64,000 nucleotides of DNA, taken from a bacterium. Its GTDB lineage: Bacteria > JAAXHH01. The notes beneath the pieces are model-generated. The model was given only the letters and a program-made list of their open reading frames with translations. It was not told the DNA's origin and made no database searches. Below are positions 34,690 through 42,636 of the stretch, in pieces (positions within the stretch are counted from its first letter, which is position 1; each line of letters starts with the position of its first letter). The stretch is from the NCBI GenBank assembly GCA_965117045.1, contig OZ220749.1, forward strand, positions 1,896,105-1,960,104, in the 5' to 3' direction. The position numbers were made by a program, and so were the translations under genes.

Positions 34690-35925
34690 ATGCCCCGATT
34701 GGCGATAAACGGCGCAGCGCCGGTACGGACCGAACCCTTTCCGTCCTGGCCCATGAACCTGGAGGCGAGCGCCGGGGCCGCCGGCGAAACCGTGCGCTCC
34801 GGACAGTGGGGCAGCATCCAGGGCGAGAAGGTGCGCAGTCTCGAACAGCGCTTCGCTTCCTTCCAGCACGCCGCCCACGGCATTGCCGTCTGCAACGGCA
34901 CCACGGCCCTCTGCCTCGCGCTGCAGGCGGTCGGTATCGAACCCGGCGACGAGGTCATCGTGCCGGCCTATACCTTCATCGCATCGGCCAGCTCGGTCGT
35001 GATGTCGAACGCCGTGCCCGTGTTCGTCGACATCGATCCCCTTACCTACAACCTGGACCCGGACCGGGTCGAGGAAGCAGTCACCCCTCGGACGAAAGCC
35101 ATCGTGGCCGTGCATTTCGCGGGGCTGCCCGCGGACATGGACCGGCTCGGTGAAATCGCCGGCCGCCACGGCCTTGCGGTCATCGAGGACGCGGCACAGG
35201 CCCACGGCGCGCGGTGGGGAGGCCGGGGCGTGGGCGCCATCGGTTCGATCGGCGCCTTCAGCTTCCAGTCCTCCAAGAACCTCAACGCCGGCGAAGGGGG
35301 CATCATGCTCACCAATGACGACGATCTGGCGGCGGCGGCGCGGTCCCTCGCCGACTGCGGGCATGCCGAGCAGGGACCGCGTTACAACCACTTCCGCATG
35401 GCCGGCAACAACCGGATGACCGAGGTACAGGGCGCCCTGCTCCTGGTCCAGATGGATCACCTGGAGGCCCAGGCCGACCTGCGCCACGCGAACGGCGCGT
35501 ACCTGACCGAACGCCTCGGGGCGATTCCGGGCATCGTCCCGGTGGCCACGCCCGCGAAAGCCGACCGCCACGCACGGCACATCTACATGTTCAGATACAG
35601 CGAGGAGTCTTTCGGAGGCGTCCCGAAGACACGGTTCATCGAGGCCCTGCGCACCGAGGGGATCCCCGCCAGTCCGGGCTACTCCATCCCCCTGTACAAA
35701 CAACCGGTCTTCACGGAACGGAACTATGGCATTTACCAGAGTGCGGCGTTGTCGTCCATAGACTATGACGCGATGGATCTGCCGGTCACGGAGCGGGCCT
35801 GCCGTTCCGAGGCCGTATGGTTCTCGCAGAATGTGCTGCTGGGGGGCCGGGACGACATGGATGACATCGTCCGGGCGGTCGCGAAGATCGGGGAACATCG
35901 CGACGAGTTGGGGGAAACCGGCTGA
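34690..35925 (+). CDS. DegT/DnrJ/EryC1/StrS family aminotransferase
   Basis: 411 aa. CNGTTALCLAL, DEVIVPAYTFIAS, and the PLP-Lys block FSFQSSKNL. Confidence 0.88.
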   Translation: MPRLAINGAAPVRTEPFPSWPMNLEASAGAAGETVRSGQWGSIQGEKVRSLEQRFASFQHAAHGIAVCNGTTALCLALQAVGIEPGDEVIVPAYTFIASASSVVMSNAVPVFVDIDPLTYNLDPDRVEEAVTPRTKAIVAVHFAGLPADMDRLGEIAGRHGLAVIEDAAQAHGARWGGRGVGAIGSIGAFSFQSSKNLNAGEGGIMLTNDDDLAAAARSLADCGHAEQGPRYNHFRMAGNNRMTEVQGALLLVQMDHLEAQADLRHANGAYLTERLGAIPGIVPVATPAKADRHARHIYMFRYSEESFGGVPKTRFIEALRTEGIPASPGYSIPLYKQPVFTERNYGIYQSAALSSIDYDAMDLPVTERACRSEAVWFSQNVLLGGRDDMDDIVRAVAKIGEHRDELGETG

Positions 35926-35989
35926 CATGACGCGGTGCCCGGCGGCAAGCGCGGCGCGGTGCCCTGTCTTCCCGGGCGGGGATACTGCC

Positions 35990-37111
35990 TTAGCGGCGCG
36001 TACTGCACGCACCCGCCGTACAGGCCGCGTCCTTCACCGTGGAAACCAGGTGGGCCGGCTTCCCGCCGGACCGCCGGAATTCGATCAGTTCGGCCATGAT
36101 ACTGACGGCGATCTCTTCGGGAGTATCGGCGCCGATCTCCTTGCCGATGGGCGCGTGCACCTGGTCGAGCAGGTGCCGGGGCACGCCTTTCTCTTCCAGG
36201 TTCTTCCACATCAGGGCGATCTTGCGCCGGCTGCCGATCATGCCGATGTAGGCAGCGCCGGTCCATACCGCCTGCTCGATGACGGGCTGGTCCCACTGGT
36301 GTCCGCGGGTCACGGCGACCAGGTAGGACGAGCCGTCGATGGGCAGCTTGCCCACGACCTCGTCGAAGGCGTCCACGACCACCTCGTTGGCCTCGGGAAA
36401 CCGCTCATGGTTCGCGAAGGCCGGCCGGTCGTCCACCACGATGATGCGGAACCCGACGGTATCAGCGAGCCGGGCGATCGCCCGGGCCACGTGGCCGCCG
36501 CCGAAAAGGAACAGCTGCGGGGCCGGCCAGATGGACTCCAGGAAGATCCGGGTCTCCACGCCTTCGTGCTCCAGCGTGACCACCCGCAACAGGTTCTCGG
36601 TGATTTCCAGGTTCGAATCCAGCCGGATCCGGTCGTCCAGGGCAGGGTCGCCGAGCGTCCCGACGGTCTTGCCGGTATCGGTGAGCAGCATCTTACCGGC
36701 TTCCGTTCCGGCCCGGCCCGACACCAGCGTGGCGAGAAGACCGATGCCCCGTGCGTCGTGGAGCCCGCGGATCGCCTCGAAAATCTCCTGCATGGGGCCC
36801 GTCCGGATCGGTTCCGTGAAGATCTCCACGTTGCCGCCACAGTTCAACCCCTCGTCGCCGGCGTGCTTTTCAGTCAGGATGAAGTGCTGCAGCCTGGGGG
36901 CGGACCGGTCCATGACTTCGCGGGCCTCGGCCCAGACGTCGGCTTCCAGGCAGCCGCCGCCCACCGTGCCGGTGAACGTACCGTCCCCTTTGACGAGCAT
37001 TTTAGCCTTCTTGCTCATCGGCAGCGATCCCTTGCTCGACACGATGGTGGAAAGCGCCGCCTTTTCACCCCGCGAAAGGACGTTCACGACCTCGTCGAAA
37101 ACTTCTTTCAT
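35990..37111 (-). CDS. XdhC/CoxI family accessory protein (molybdoenzyme maturation chaperone family)
   Basis: 373 aa. N-terminal XdhC_CoxI domain (ALSTIVSSKGSLPMS...GTVGGGCLE) and C-terminal Rossmann-like LFLFGGGHVARAIARLA. Confidence 0.85.
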   Translation of the reverse strand: MKEVFDEVVNVLSRGEKAALSTIVSSKGSLPMSKKAKMLVKGDGTFTGTVGGGCLEADVWAEAREVMDRSAPRLQHFILTEKHAGDEGLNCGGNVEIFTEPIRTGPMQEIFEAIRGLHDARGIGLLATLVSGRAGTEAGKMLLTDTGKTVGTLGDPALDDRIRLDSNLEITENLLRVVTLEHEGVETRIFLESIWPAPQLFLFGGGHVARAIARLADTVGFRIIVVDDRPAFANHERFPEANEVVVDAFDEVVGKLPIDGSSYLVAVTRGHQWDQPVIEQAVWTGAAYIGMIGSRRKIALMWKNLEEKGVPRHLLDQVHAPIGKEIGADTPEEIAVSIMAELIEFRRSGGKPAHLVSTVKDAACTAGACSTRR

Positions 37112-37132
37112 GCGTCATTCTCCGCTGGCGTA

Positions 37133-37675
37133 TCAAACCAGTTCAACGGACGACTCCTCGAAACCCGTCTCATCATCCACCCACCGGAACATCTTGATAT
37201 CGCTTACCGCGTCCTTCGTGACGGAAAGGACCAGGTAGCCGGGTTCCGGGTCCAGCCAGCCGGTCAGGGCGTCCATCCGGTCCTTCTCCGAGAAATACGC
37301 CGGAGCATCCGGATGGGAATGATAGAATCCCTGGACCCGCGCGCCCGGAGGGTCGAACTTGCCGAAGAACAGCCGCTCCATGTCCGCCCGGCTGAACGCG
37401 TACGCGGTCCGTGCGTCCCGGGGATGTTCCGCCGGGTCTTTCGCGTGCAGCTCGTCCTGGATGTTCCTGCACCGGTGTACCCGCCAGGATGCCGGGTCTA
37501 CCGAGTTTGCTGGTCCGCCTGGTCCGCCTGGTCCGCCTGGTTTGGCAGGGCCGTCCGGATCTTCCGGATCGCCTATACCATCCGTACCGGTCAGGAACCC
37601 GCAGCACTCCCGTGGATATTCCGCCACGGCATGGGCGGCCATGCCTTCAAAGATAGTCCGGGGAAGCCGCAGCAT
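37133..37675 (-). CDS. JAB/MPN (JAMM, M67 family) metalloisopeptidase-like protein
   Basis: 180 aa. EYPRECCGFL (catalytic Glu region) and HSHPDAPAYFSEKD (the H-x-H-x7-S-x2-D JAMM motif). Confidence 0.85.
   Translation of the reverse strand: MLRLPRTIFEGMAAHAVAEYPRECCGFLTGTDGIGDPEDPDGPAKPGGPGGPGGPANSVDPASWRVHRCRNIQDELHAKDPAEHPRDARTAYAFSRADMERLFFGKFDPPGARVQGFYHSHPDAPAYFSEKDRMDALTGWLDPEPGYLVLSVTKDAVSDIKMFRWVDDETGFEESSVELV
37511..37537. repeat. Perfect 9-bp x3 in-frame repeat inside the JAMM gene
   Basis: tggtccgcc x3. On the coding strand it encodes the PGGPGGPGGP insert between the two catalytic motifs. Confidence 0.9.
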
Positions 37676-38499
37676 CAGGTGCTTACCGGACCGGGCAGCG
37701 GCGTCGGCTGGTTCTCGATCTCGGTCTCGACGGCCGCCCGGACGTGCTTGAAGGCCGCCGTTTCGTCGGCGTTCCCTGCCGCGAGGAAGATCGGTTCCCC
37801 TGCGTCTCCTCCCGCGCAGACGGCCGGCGAAAGAGGAATTTCTCCCAGGAAGGGCAGGCCCAGTTCATCGCTCAACGCAGCGCCGCCTCCCCGGCCGAAG
37901 ATGTGGGTCCGTTCACCCGTCGCGGCGTTGAGGTAGTAGCTCATGTTTTCGACGATGCCCAGCACGGGGACCCGCAACCGCTGGAACATGGTGATTGCCT
38001 TGCGCACGTCCGACAGGGCGACCTGCTGGGGGGTCGTGACGATGACGGCCCCGGTGAGTTCGACCGACTGGGCCAGGGTCAGCGACGCGTCGCCGGTACC
38101 GGGCGGCAGATCGACCACCAGGTAGTCCAGCTCCCCCCAGGAAACGTTGCCGAGGAAACTCTTCACCATCTTGCCGACCAGGGGACCCCGGTAGATCACC
38201 GCGTCGGCCGGCCCCGCGACGAAACCGACGGAGACCAGGCGGATATCATGCTTGACTACGGGTTGGATGCTGCCGGAAGGATCTTTCTCGAGGGACCCTG
38301 TAACGCCCATCATCTGGGGCACGTTCGGGCCGTAAATATCCGCGTCGAGCAGGCCGACCGCATGGCCTGATTCCGCGAGGGCGAGGGCCAGGTTGACGCT
38401 TACCGTCGACTTGCCCACGCCGCCTTTGCCGCTGGCAATGGCGATGACGTGGCGGATACCGGTCAGCGCATCAGGGAGGTTTTCGGTTTCCGCAGCCAA
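37675..38499 (-). CDS. apbC: Mrp/NBP35/ApbC family Fe-S cluster carrier ATPase
   Basis: 274 aa. IAIASGKGGVGKSTVSVNLALAL (deviant Walker A). Its stop overlaps the JAMM start by 1 nt. No N-terminal DUF59 domain. The TTG start is uncertain. Confidence 0.85.
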   Translation of the reverse strand: MAAETENLPDALTGIRHVIAIASGKGGVGKSTVSVNLALALAESGHAVGLLDADIYGPNVPQMMGVTGSLEKDPSGSIQPVVKHDIRLVSVGFVAGPADAVIYRGPLVGKMVKSFLGNVSWGELDYLVVDLPPGTGDASLTLAQSVELTGAVIVTTPQQVALSDVRKAITMFQRLRVPVLGIVENMSYYLNAATGERTHIFGRGGGAALSDELGLPFLGEIPLSPAVCAGGDAGEPIFLAAGNADETAAFKHVRAAVETEIENQPTPLPGPVST

Positions 38500-38562
38500 A
38501 GTGCTCGATCCGCGTTTACGGACTGCCTGGGATGCGCGGTTCCGATCCCACGCCTTTCCGAG

Positions 38563-38886
38563 CTATACGTAAAAGGACTCTCCGCAGCCGCAGGAACCCT
38601 TGGCATTGGGATTGTTGACTTTAAACCCTGCGCCCATCAGTCCTTCTACATAATCCAGTTCCGCACCCATCAGGTAGATGGCGCTCTTGTTGTCGACGAA
38701 AACCTTGATACCGTTCTGCTCGATAATCTGGTCGGCGTCGGTCGCGTTTTTGTCGAAAGCAAGCTTATACTGAAAACCGGAACATCCACCGCCGGCAATC
38801 ATGACGCGCAGGCCGATATCCGGACTGCCCTGGTCCTCGATCATGGTTTTAATCTTGTCGGCGGCTACGTCCGTCACGGTGACCAT
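38563..38886 (-). CDS. erpA: Iron-sulfur cluster insertion/A-type carrier protein (ErpA/IscA/HesB family)
   Basis: MVTVTDVAADKIKTMIEDQG..GLRVMIAGGGCSGFQY...CGCGESFYV, 107 aa from the internal ATG. The promoter at 38985-39014 argues against the longer 146-aa reading. Confidence 0.88.
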   Translation of the reverse strand: MVTVTDVAADKIKTMIEDQGSPDIGLRVMIAGGGCSGFQYKLAFDKNATDADQIIEQNGIKVFVDNKSAIYLMGAELDYVEGLMGAGFKVNNPNAKGSCGCGESFYV

Positions 38887-38984
38887 GGTGTCCAACCCCC
38901 TAGCGAATGGCGTAAGTAATACTGTTTGTACTGACTTGTATCCGTCTTTCACAACCGGTAACACGTACGGTATGATGCTATGGC

Positions 38985-39014
38985 TATATAAACCAGATCC
39001 CACATGGATGTCAA
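38985..39014 (-). promoter_or_regulatory. Putative sigma-70 promoter of the erpA-apbC-JAMM-xdhC operon
   Basis: On the minus strand: TTGACA (39014-39009), 17/18-nt spacer, TTATATA (38991-38985). AT-rich 5' UTR of about 95 nt. Confidence 0.55.
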
Positions 39015-39038
39015 CTTCTTTGTCGAAGCTCGCCGCCC

Positions 39039-41129
39039 CTATCGCAACAGCAGCATCTTGCCGCTCTCCTCGAACTCGCCCGCGATCATGCGGTACAGGT
39101 ACACGCCGCTGGGTACGGCGCGGCCGTCGCCGTCCTTGCCGTTCCAGATCCGCGCGTACCGGCCCGGCCCGGACGTTTCATCCACCAGCACCCGAATTCT
39201 TCTGCCGAGCAGATCGTAAATGGTCAATGTAACGTGCACCGGTTCGGTCAACTCGAAGCGAATATCCGTACTGGCGGCGAAAGGATTCGGCGCGTTCGGA
39301 TAGAGAACCGCCACCTCACCGGACACGCCGGGTTCGTAATCGATACGGATAACGACTGGTTCCGCCGTCAACACCAGTCCCGCGCGGCCCACGGGTTGCA
39401 ACCGGTACTCGTAGGACGTTCCCGGTTGCGCGGCCGTATCCGTGTAACTGTAAGCGTTCGAACGCTGTGATGGGTAACCGGACCGGTCTACCGGTACCGA
39501 GGTCAGCACTTCGAATGCCCCATCGGGGTAGTCTCTGCGTTCGATCCGGTAGGACTGCAGGTTGATTTCCAGCCCCGCGGTCCAGGCGAGAAAAACACCG
39601 CTCAGCCCGCTCTCGGACGTGAAGGACTGCACGGTCCCCCGCGATTCGGTCATCAGTGCGTTTAGCGCGTGGACGATCCCGTAGCCCATCAGGGTGTCCG
39701 GCGCGGCGGCCTGGCCCGCCGTCTGGCGGAGTACGCTTTGCACCTTCTCTGGCGTCCAATGGGGGTAGGCTTCGAGCAGCAGCGCGGCGACGCCCGCCAC
39801 CAGGGGCGCGGAGAAGGACGTGCCGTTGAGACGCTGATAGTTGTCGATGCGGAACGGATGCACGGTGTAGACCCCCTCCCCCATGGCCATCACATCCGGC
39901 TTGATGCGCCCGTCGAAGGTGGGGCCGATGGAGGAGGGAAGCCAGCGCGTTCCGGATGCATCGACGCCCCCCACGGAAATCACGCCTTCCGCGTCGGCGG
40001 GCGCCGCCATCTTTTCATAAGGGGTGTCGCCCAGGTTTCCCATGCTGTTCACGACCACGATGCCACGGCGCACCGCCATCGTGGCCGCCCGCGTGATGAC
40101 GGCCGTCTCTCCGTCCATGTCCGCATAGGTGTACCAGTCAGGATAACTGAGTGAACTGCTGATGATGTCCGCGCCCAGACTGTCGGCCCATTCCATGGCG
40201 GCCACCCAGAAGTCCTCCTCCACTTCCCGCTCGAAGGCCACGACCTCCGTGCTCGCGAGAAGGTAGCGGGCGCCGAAAGCCGGACCGATCAACTCACCCG
40301 GCGCGTATCCGCCGACCGTGCCGAGTACCGCCGTACCGTGGCCGGTGTCCTCCAGATCGGTAAAGCCGTTTTCGTCCCGAAGGAAGTTGCGCCGGGCTTC
40401 CACCCGGGTTCTAAGGCTGTCAAGCGCCACGTGATCCAGGCTGAATCCCGTGTCGAAAAGCGCCACCAGCACGCCGTTTCCGGTGAGTCCCAGATCATGA
40501 AGTTCCGGTACGTGCAGCTGATCCAGCTGGACGAAGGAAGGACCGTAATCGAGACCAGTGGGCCGGACGGTCCGAAGCCTGGTGTCCGTTCGTGGCCGGC
40601 CGGAAGGTTGCACCGTATCGGGGCGCGGAGGCCGGAAACTGGCGACGGCGTCGATACGCTGCACAAAGGACTGGCCGGCCAGGCCATCGATCTCCCCCGC
40701 TGGAATGGACACGCTCACCGCGTTCAGCCACCGGGACACCTGGAGGATCCTGCCCCCTGACGCTTCGATGCGCTCCAGGTAGGGGACGTGGACGTGTATA
40801 TCCTCCCATCCCGCCAGCCGGTCGCTTCTCGTCGACAACCGGCGGCGGGTACGGGGCGACAAGCGGTCTTCGGCAGCCGCCAGCGCGGCGTCGAATCCGG
40901 CCCCCGGGTCAAGTCCCTTGTCCGCCAGGTAAACCCATACCTTCAGCATCTCGTCGGGCGTCCGCGTGGCGAGTTCGTTCCGAAGGCGGTCGGAAATCCC
41001 CGGTTCAACGCCGGAAATCCCCGGTTCAACGCCGGGGACGGTACCCCGCACCGGCTGCTGATCGGGCGGCGGGCTGCCGTGAGCATAGGATGCAACGAGA
41101 ACGAACAGGAACGGCAAGCATCGTTTCAT
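39039..41129 (-). CDS. S8 (subtilisin) family serine peptidase with a T9SS-type C-terminal sorting domain
   Basis: Start MKRCLPFLFVLVASYAHG (signal peptide). Triad regions ALFDTGFS, GHGTAVLG, NGTSFSAPLVAG. C-terminus YPNAPNPFAASTDIRFEL...LTIYDLLGRRI is like the Por/T9SS CTD (TIGR04183). Confidence 0.88.
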   Translation of the reverse strand: MKRCLPFLFVLVASYAHGSPPPDQQPVRGTVPGVEPGISGVEPGISDRLRNELATRTPDEMLKVWVYLADKGLDPGAGFDAALAAAEDRLSPRTRRRLSTRSDRLAGWEDIHVHVPYLERIEASGGRILQVSRWLNAVSVSIPAGEIDGLAGQSFVQRIDAVASFRPPRPDTVQPSGRPRTDTRLRTVRPTGLDYGPSFVQLDQLHVPELHDLGLTGNGVLVALFDTGFSLDHVALDSLRTRVEARRNFLRDENGFTDLEDTGHGTAVLGTVGGYAPGELIGPAFGARYLLASTEVVAFEREVEEDFWVAAMEWADSLGADIISSSLSYPDWYTYADMDGETAVITRAATMAVRRGIVVVNSMGNLGDTPYEKMAAPADAEGVISVGGVDASGTRWLPSSIGPTFDGRIKPDVMAMGEGVYTVHPFRIDNYQRLNGTSFSAPLVAGVAALLLEAYPHWTPEKVQSVLRQTAGQAAAPDTLMGYGIVHALNALMTESRGTVQSFTSESGLSGVFLAWTAGLEINLQSYRIERRDYPDGAFEVLTSVPVDRSGYPSQRSNAYSYTDTAAQPGTSYEYRLQPVGRAGLVLTAEPVVIRIDYEPGVSGEVAVLYPNAPNPFAASTDIRFELTEPVHVTLTIYDLLGRRIRVLVDETSGPGRYARIWNGKDGDGRAVPSGVYLYRMIAGEFEESGKMLLLR
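40991..41032. repeat. Perfect 21-bp x2 in-frame duplication near the 5' end of the S8 peptidase gene
   Basis: cggaaatccccggttcaacgc occurs twice. It encodes GVEPGIS GVEPGIS. Confidence 0.9.
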
Positions 41130-41668
41130 GATGGCTTTCTTCCCCGTTGGCGGGTACGGATCAGCCAAAAGTACAGCAGGGCCACCAGGACAACCAGAAA
41201 TAAGGCGCCGCCCAGTATCAGGGACCCGTCCACGCCCAGCACATCCGCCATCCGGCCGCCCAGGTAGTACCCCAGCACCCCGCCGATCCTGAACCTGAGG
41301 TACTCGGGAATCACCGGGACCAGACTCCCCGTGGAGATTCCGGCTACCACGAGGACCAGCAGCCAAGTGGATTGCGCGAGCAGTCTCAACGGATGCTGCC
41401 CCCGGATCCGGTTCCAGGCCAGCAGGCCGATGAGGACGGGGACGACGTATCCACCGTATCCAAGGGCGAGCATCACGCCATAGGATACCAGGGCGCCGGG
41501 AAGGCCGCCCAGGTTGGCGACTTCATCCGGACTTCGGCTCGAATTGGGGTAGTCGGTTTCGGCGTGGGTGACAAGACTGAGCAGCACGAAGAGCGCGACG
41601 GGGACCAGCAGGATCCCGATCACGTACATGCGGCGTTCGATGGCTCGGGTGAAGGGAGGGAAGCTCAT
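41126..41668 (-). CDS. Stand-alone FtsK N-terminal 4TM-domain protein
   Basis: 180 aa. NLGGLPGALVSYGVMLALGYGGYVVPVLIGLLAW... closely parallels the FtsK 4TM region (E. coli NLGGMPGAWLAD...). It has four TM helices and no motor domain. Its stop overlaps the peptidase start (ATGA). Confidence 0.75.
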   Translation of the reverse strand: MSFPPFTRAIERRMYVIGILLVPVALFVLLSLVTHAETDYPNSSRSPDEVANLGGLPGALVSYGVMLALGYGGYVVPVLIGLLAWNRIRGQHPLRLLAQSTWLLVLVVAGISTGSLVPVIPEYLRFRIGGVLGYYLGGRMADVLGVDGSLILGGALFLVVLVALLYFWLIRTRQRGRKPS

Positions 41669-41690
41669 TCAAGTGCGCCCCCATCGGCAG

Positions 41691-42503
41691 CTACTGGGCC
41701 CCGCGGACATAGTTCACGGCGTTCCGGAAGATATGCAGGCCGTCCGGTTCCCTGCATCCTTCCCGGGTCCACCTGGGATGATGGGTGGGGTGGGTGTAAC
41801 GCTCCGGATGAGGCATGAGCCCGAAGATCCGTCCCGTGGCGTCGCAGATCCCGGCTATGGCGTCCACCGAACCGTTGGGACTCCAGGGATAGGCCGTCTC
41901 CGCCGATGCCTCCCCGTCGCCCACCCAGGGCGGGTTGACGTACTGCAACGCGACGTGGCCGCCCGGTCCCAGCCGCTTCCGCACTTCCTCCGACGCCAGC
42001 ATGACCTTGCCTTCCCCGTTCGCGACCGGAATGTAGATGGTCTCGGGCATGTCCCGGGTAAAGACGCAGGGACTGCCGGGGTTCCTGCGCAGGTAGACCC
42101 AGCGGCACTCGAATTTGCCGGAGTCGTTGTAGAACACCGTCGCTTCCTGCCGCCGGCCGCCCGGTTCCGTCTGGGGCAGCAGCCCCATCTTGACCAGTAC
42201 CTGGAATCCGTTGCAGATGCCGAGGATGAGTTTTCCTTCCCCGATGAACGTTTCCACGTCCTCCATCAACTTGCACTGCATCTCGTTGGCGAGCACTTTG
42301 CCGCCGGAGAGATCGTCGCCGTAGGAAAACCCCCCGGACAGGACCAGCACGTCGTATTCGGACAGGCGCCGGCACCCCTGGATGAAGGCATTGATGTGGA
42401 CGGGGTCCACCCGCTCCGCGCCGGCGAGGCGGAAGGCGTGGGCCGTTTCCTCGTCGCAGTTGATCCCCGCGGCGCGCAGTATCAGGACCGAGACGTTGGA
42501 CAT
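41691..42503 (-). CDS. purQ: Phosphoribosylformylglycinamidine synthase I (glutaminase subunit)
   Basis: Start MSNVSVLILRAAGINCDEE. Nucleophile block LGICNGFQVL. The upstream 39 codons of the track ORF are a repeat-rich intergenic region. Confidence 0.9.
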   Translation of the reverse strand: MSNVSVLILRAAGINCDEETAHAFRLAGAERVDPVHINAFIQGCRRLSEYDVLVLSGGFSYGDDLSGGKVLANEMQCKLMEDVETFIGEGKLILGICNGFQVLVKMGLLPQTEPGGRRQEATVFYNDSGKFECRWVYLRRNPGSPCVFTRDMPETIYIPVANGEGKVMLASEEVRKRLGPGGHVALQYVNPPWVGDGEASAETAYPWSPNGSVDAIAGICDATGRIFGLMPHPERYTHPTHHPRWTREGCREPDGLHIFRNAVNYVRGAQ

Positions 42504-42636
42504 GGATGCTCCCGGGTCGAAAAGGAACGGTATGGTGGAATGGCAGCCGCCGAACCGCTGGCAGACGGGCCACTGGTCGGGCCGCCACTGGCCGGGTCGC
42601 CGCCGGCCTGGCCACCGCACCGGCCGCCGCGCGGCC

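Noticed and set aside
36610-36620. GGTTCGAATCC, a tRNA T-arm-like motif.
   Set aside because: It lies inside the xdhC coding sequence, and no acceptor, D or anticodon arms can be drawn around it. No tRNA gene was found anywhere in the window.
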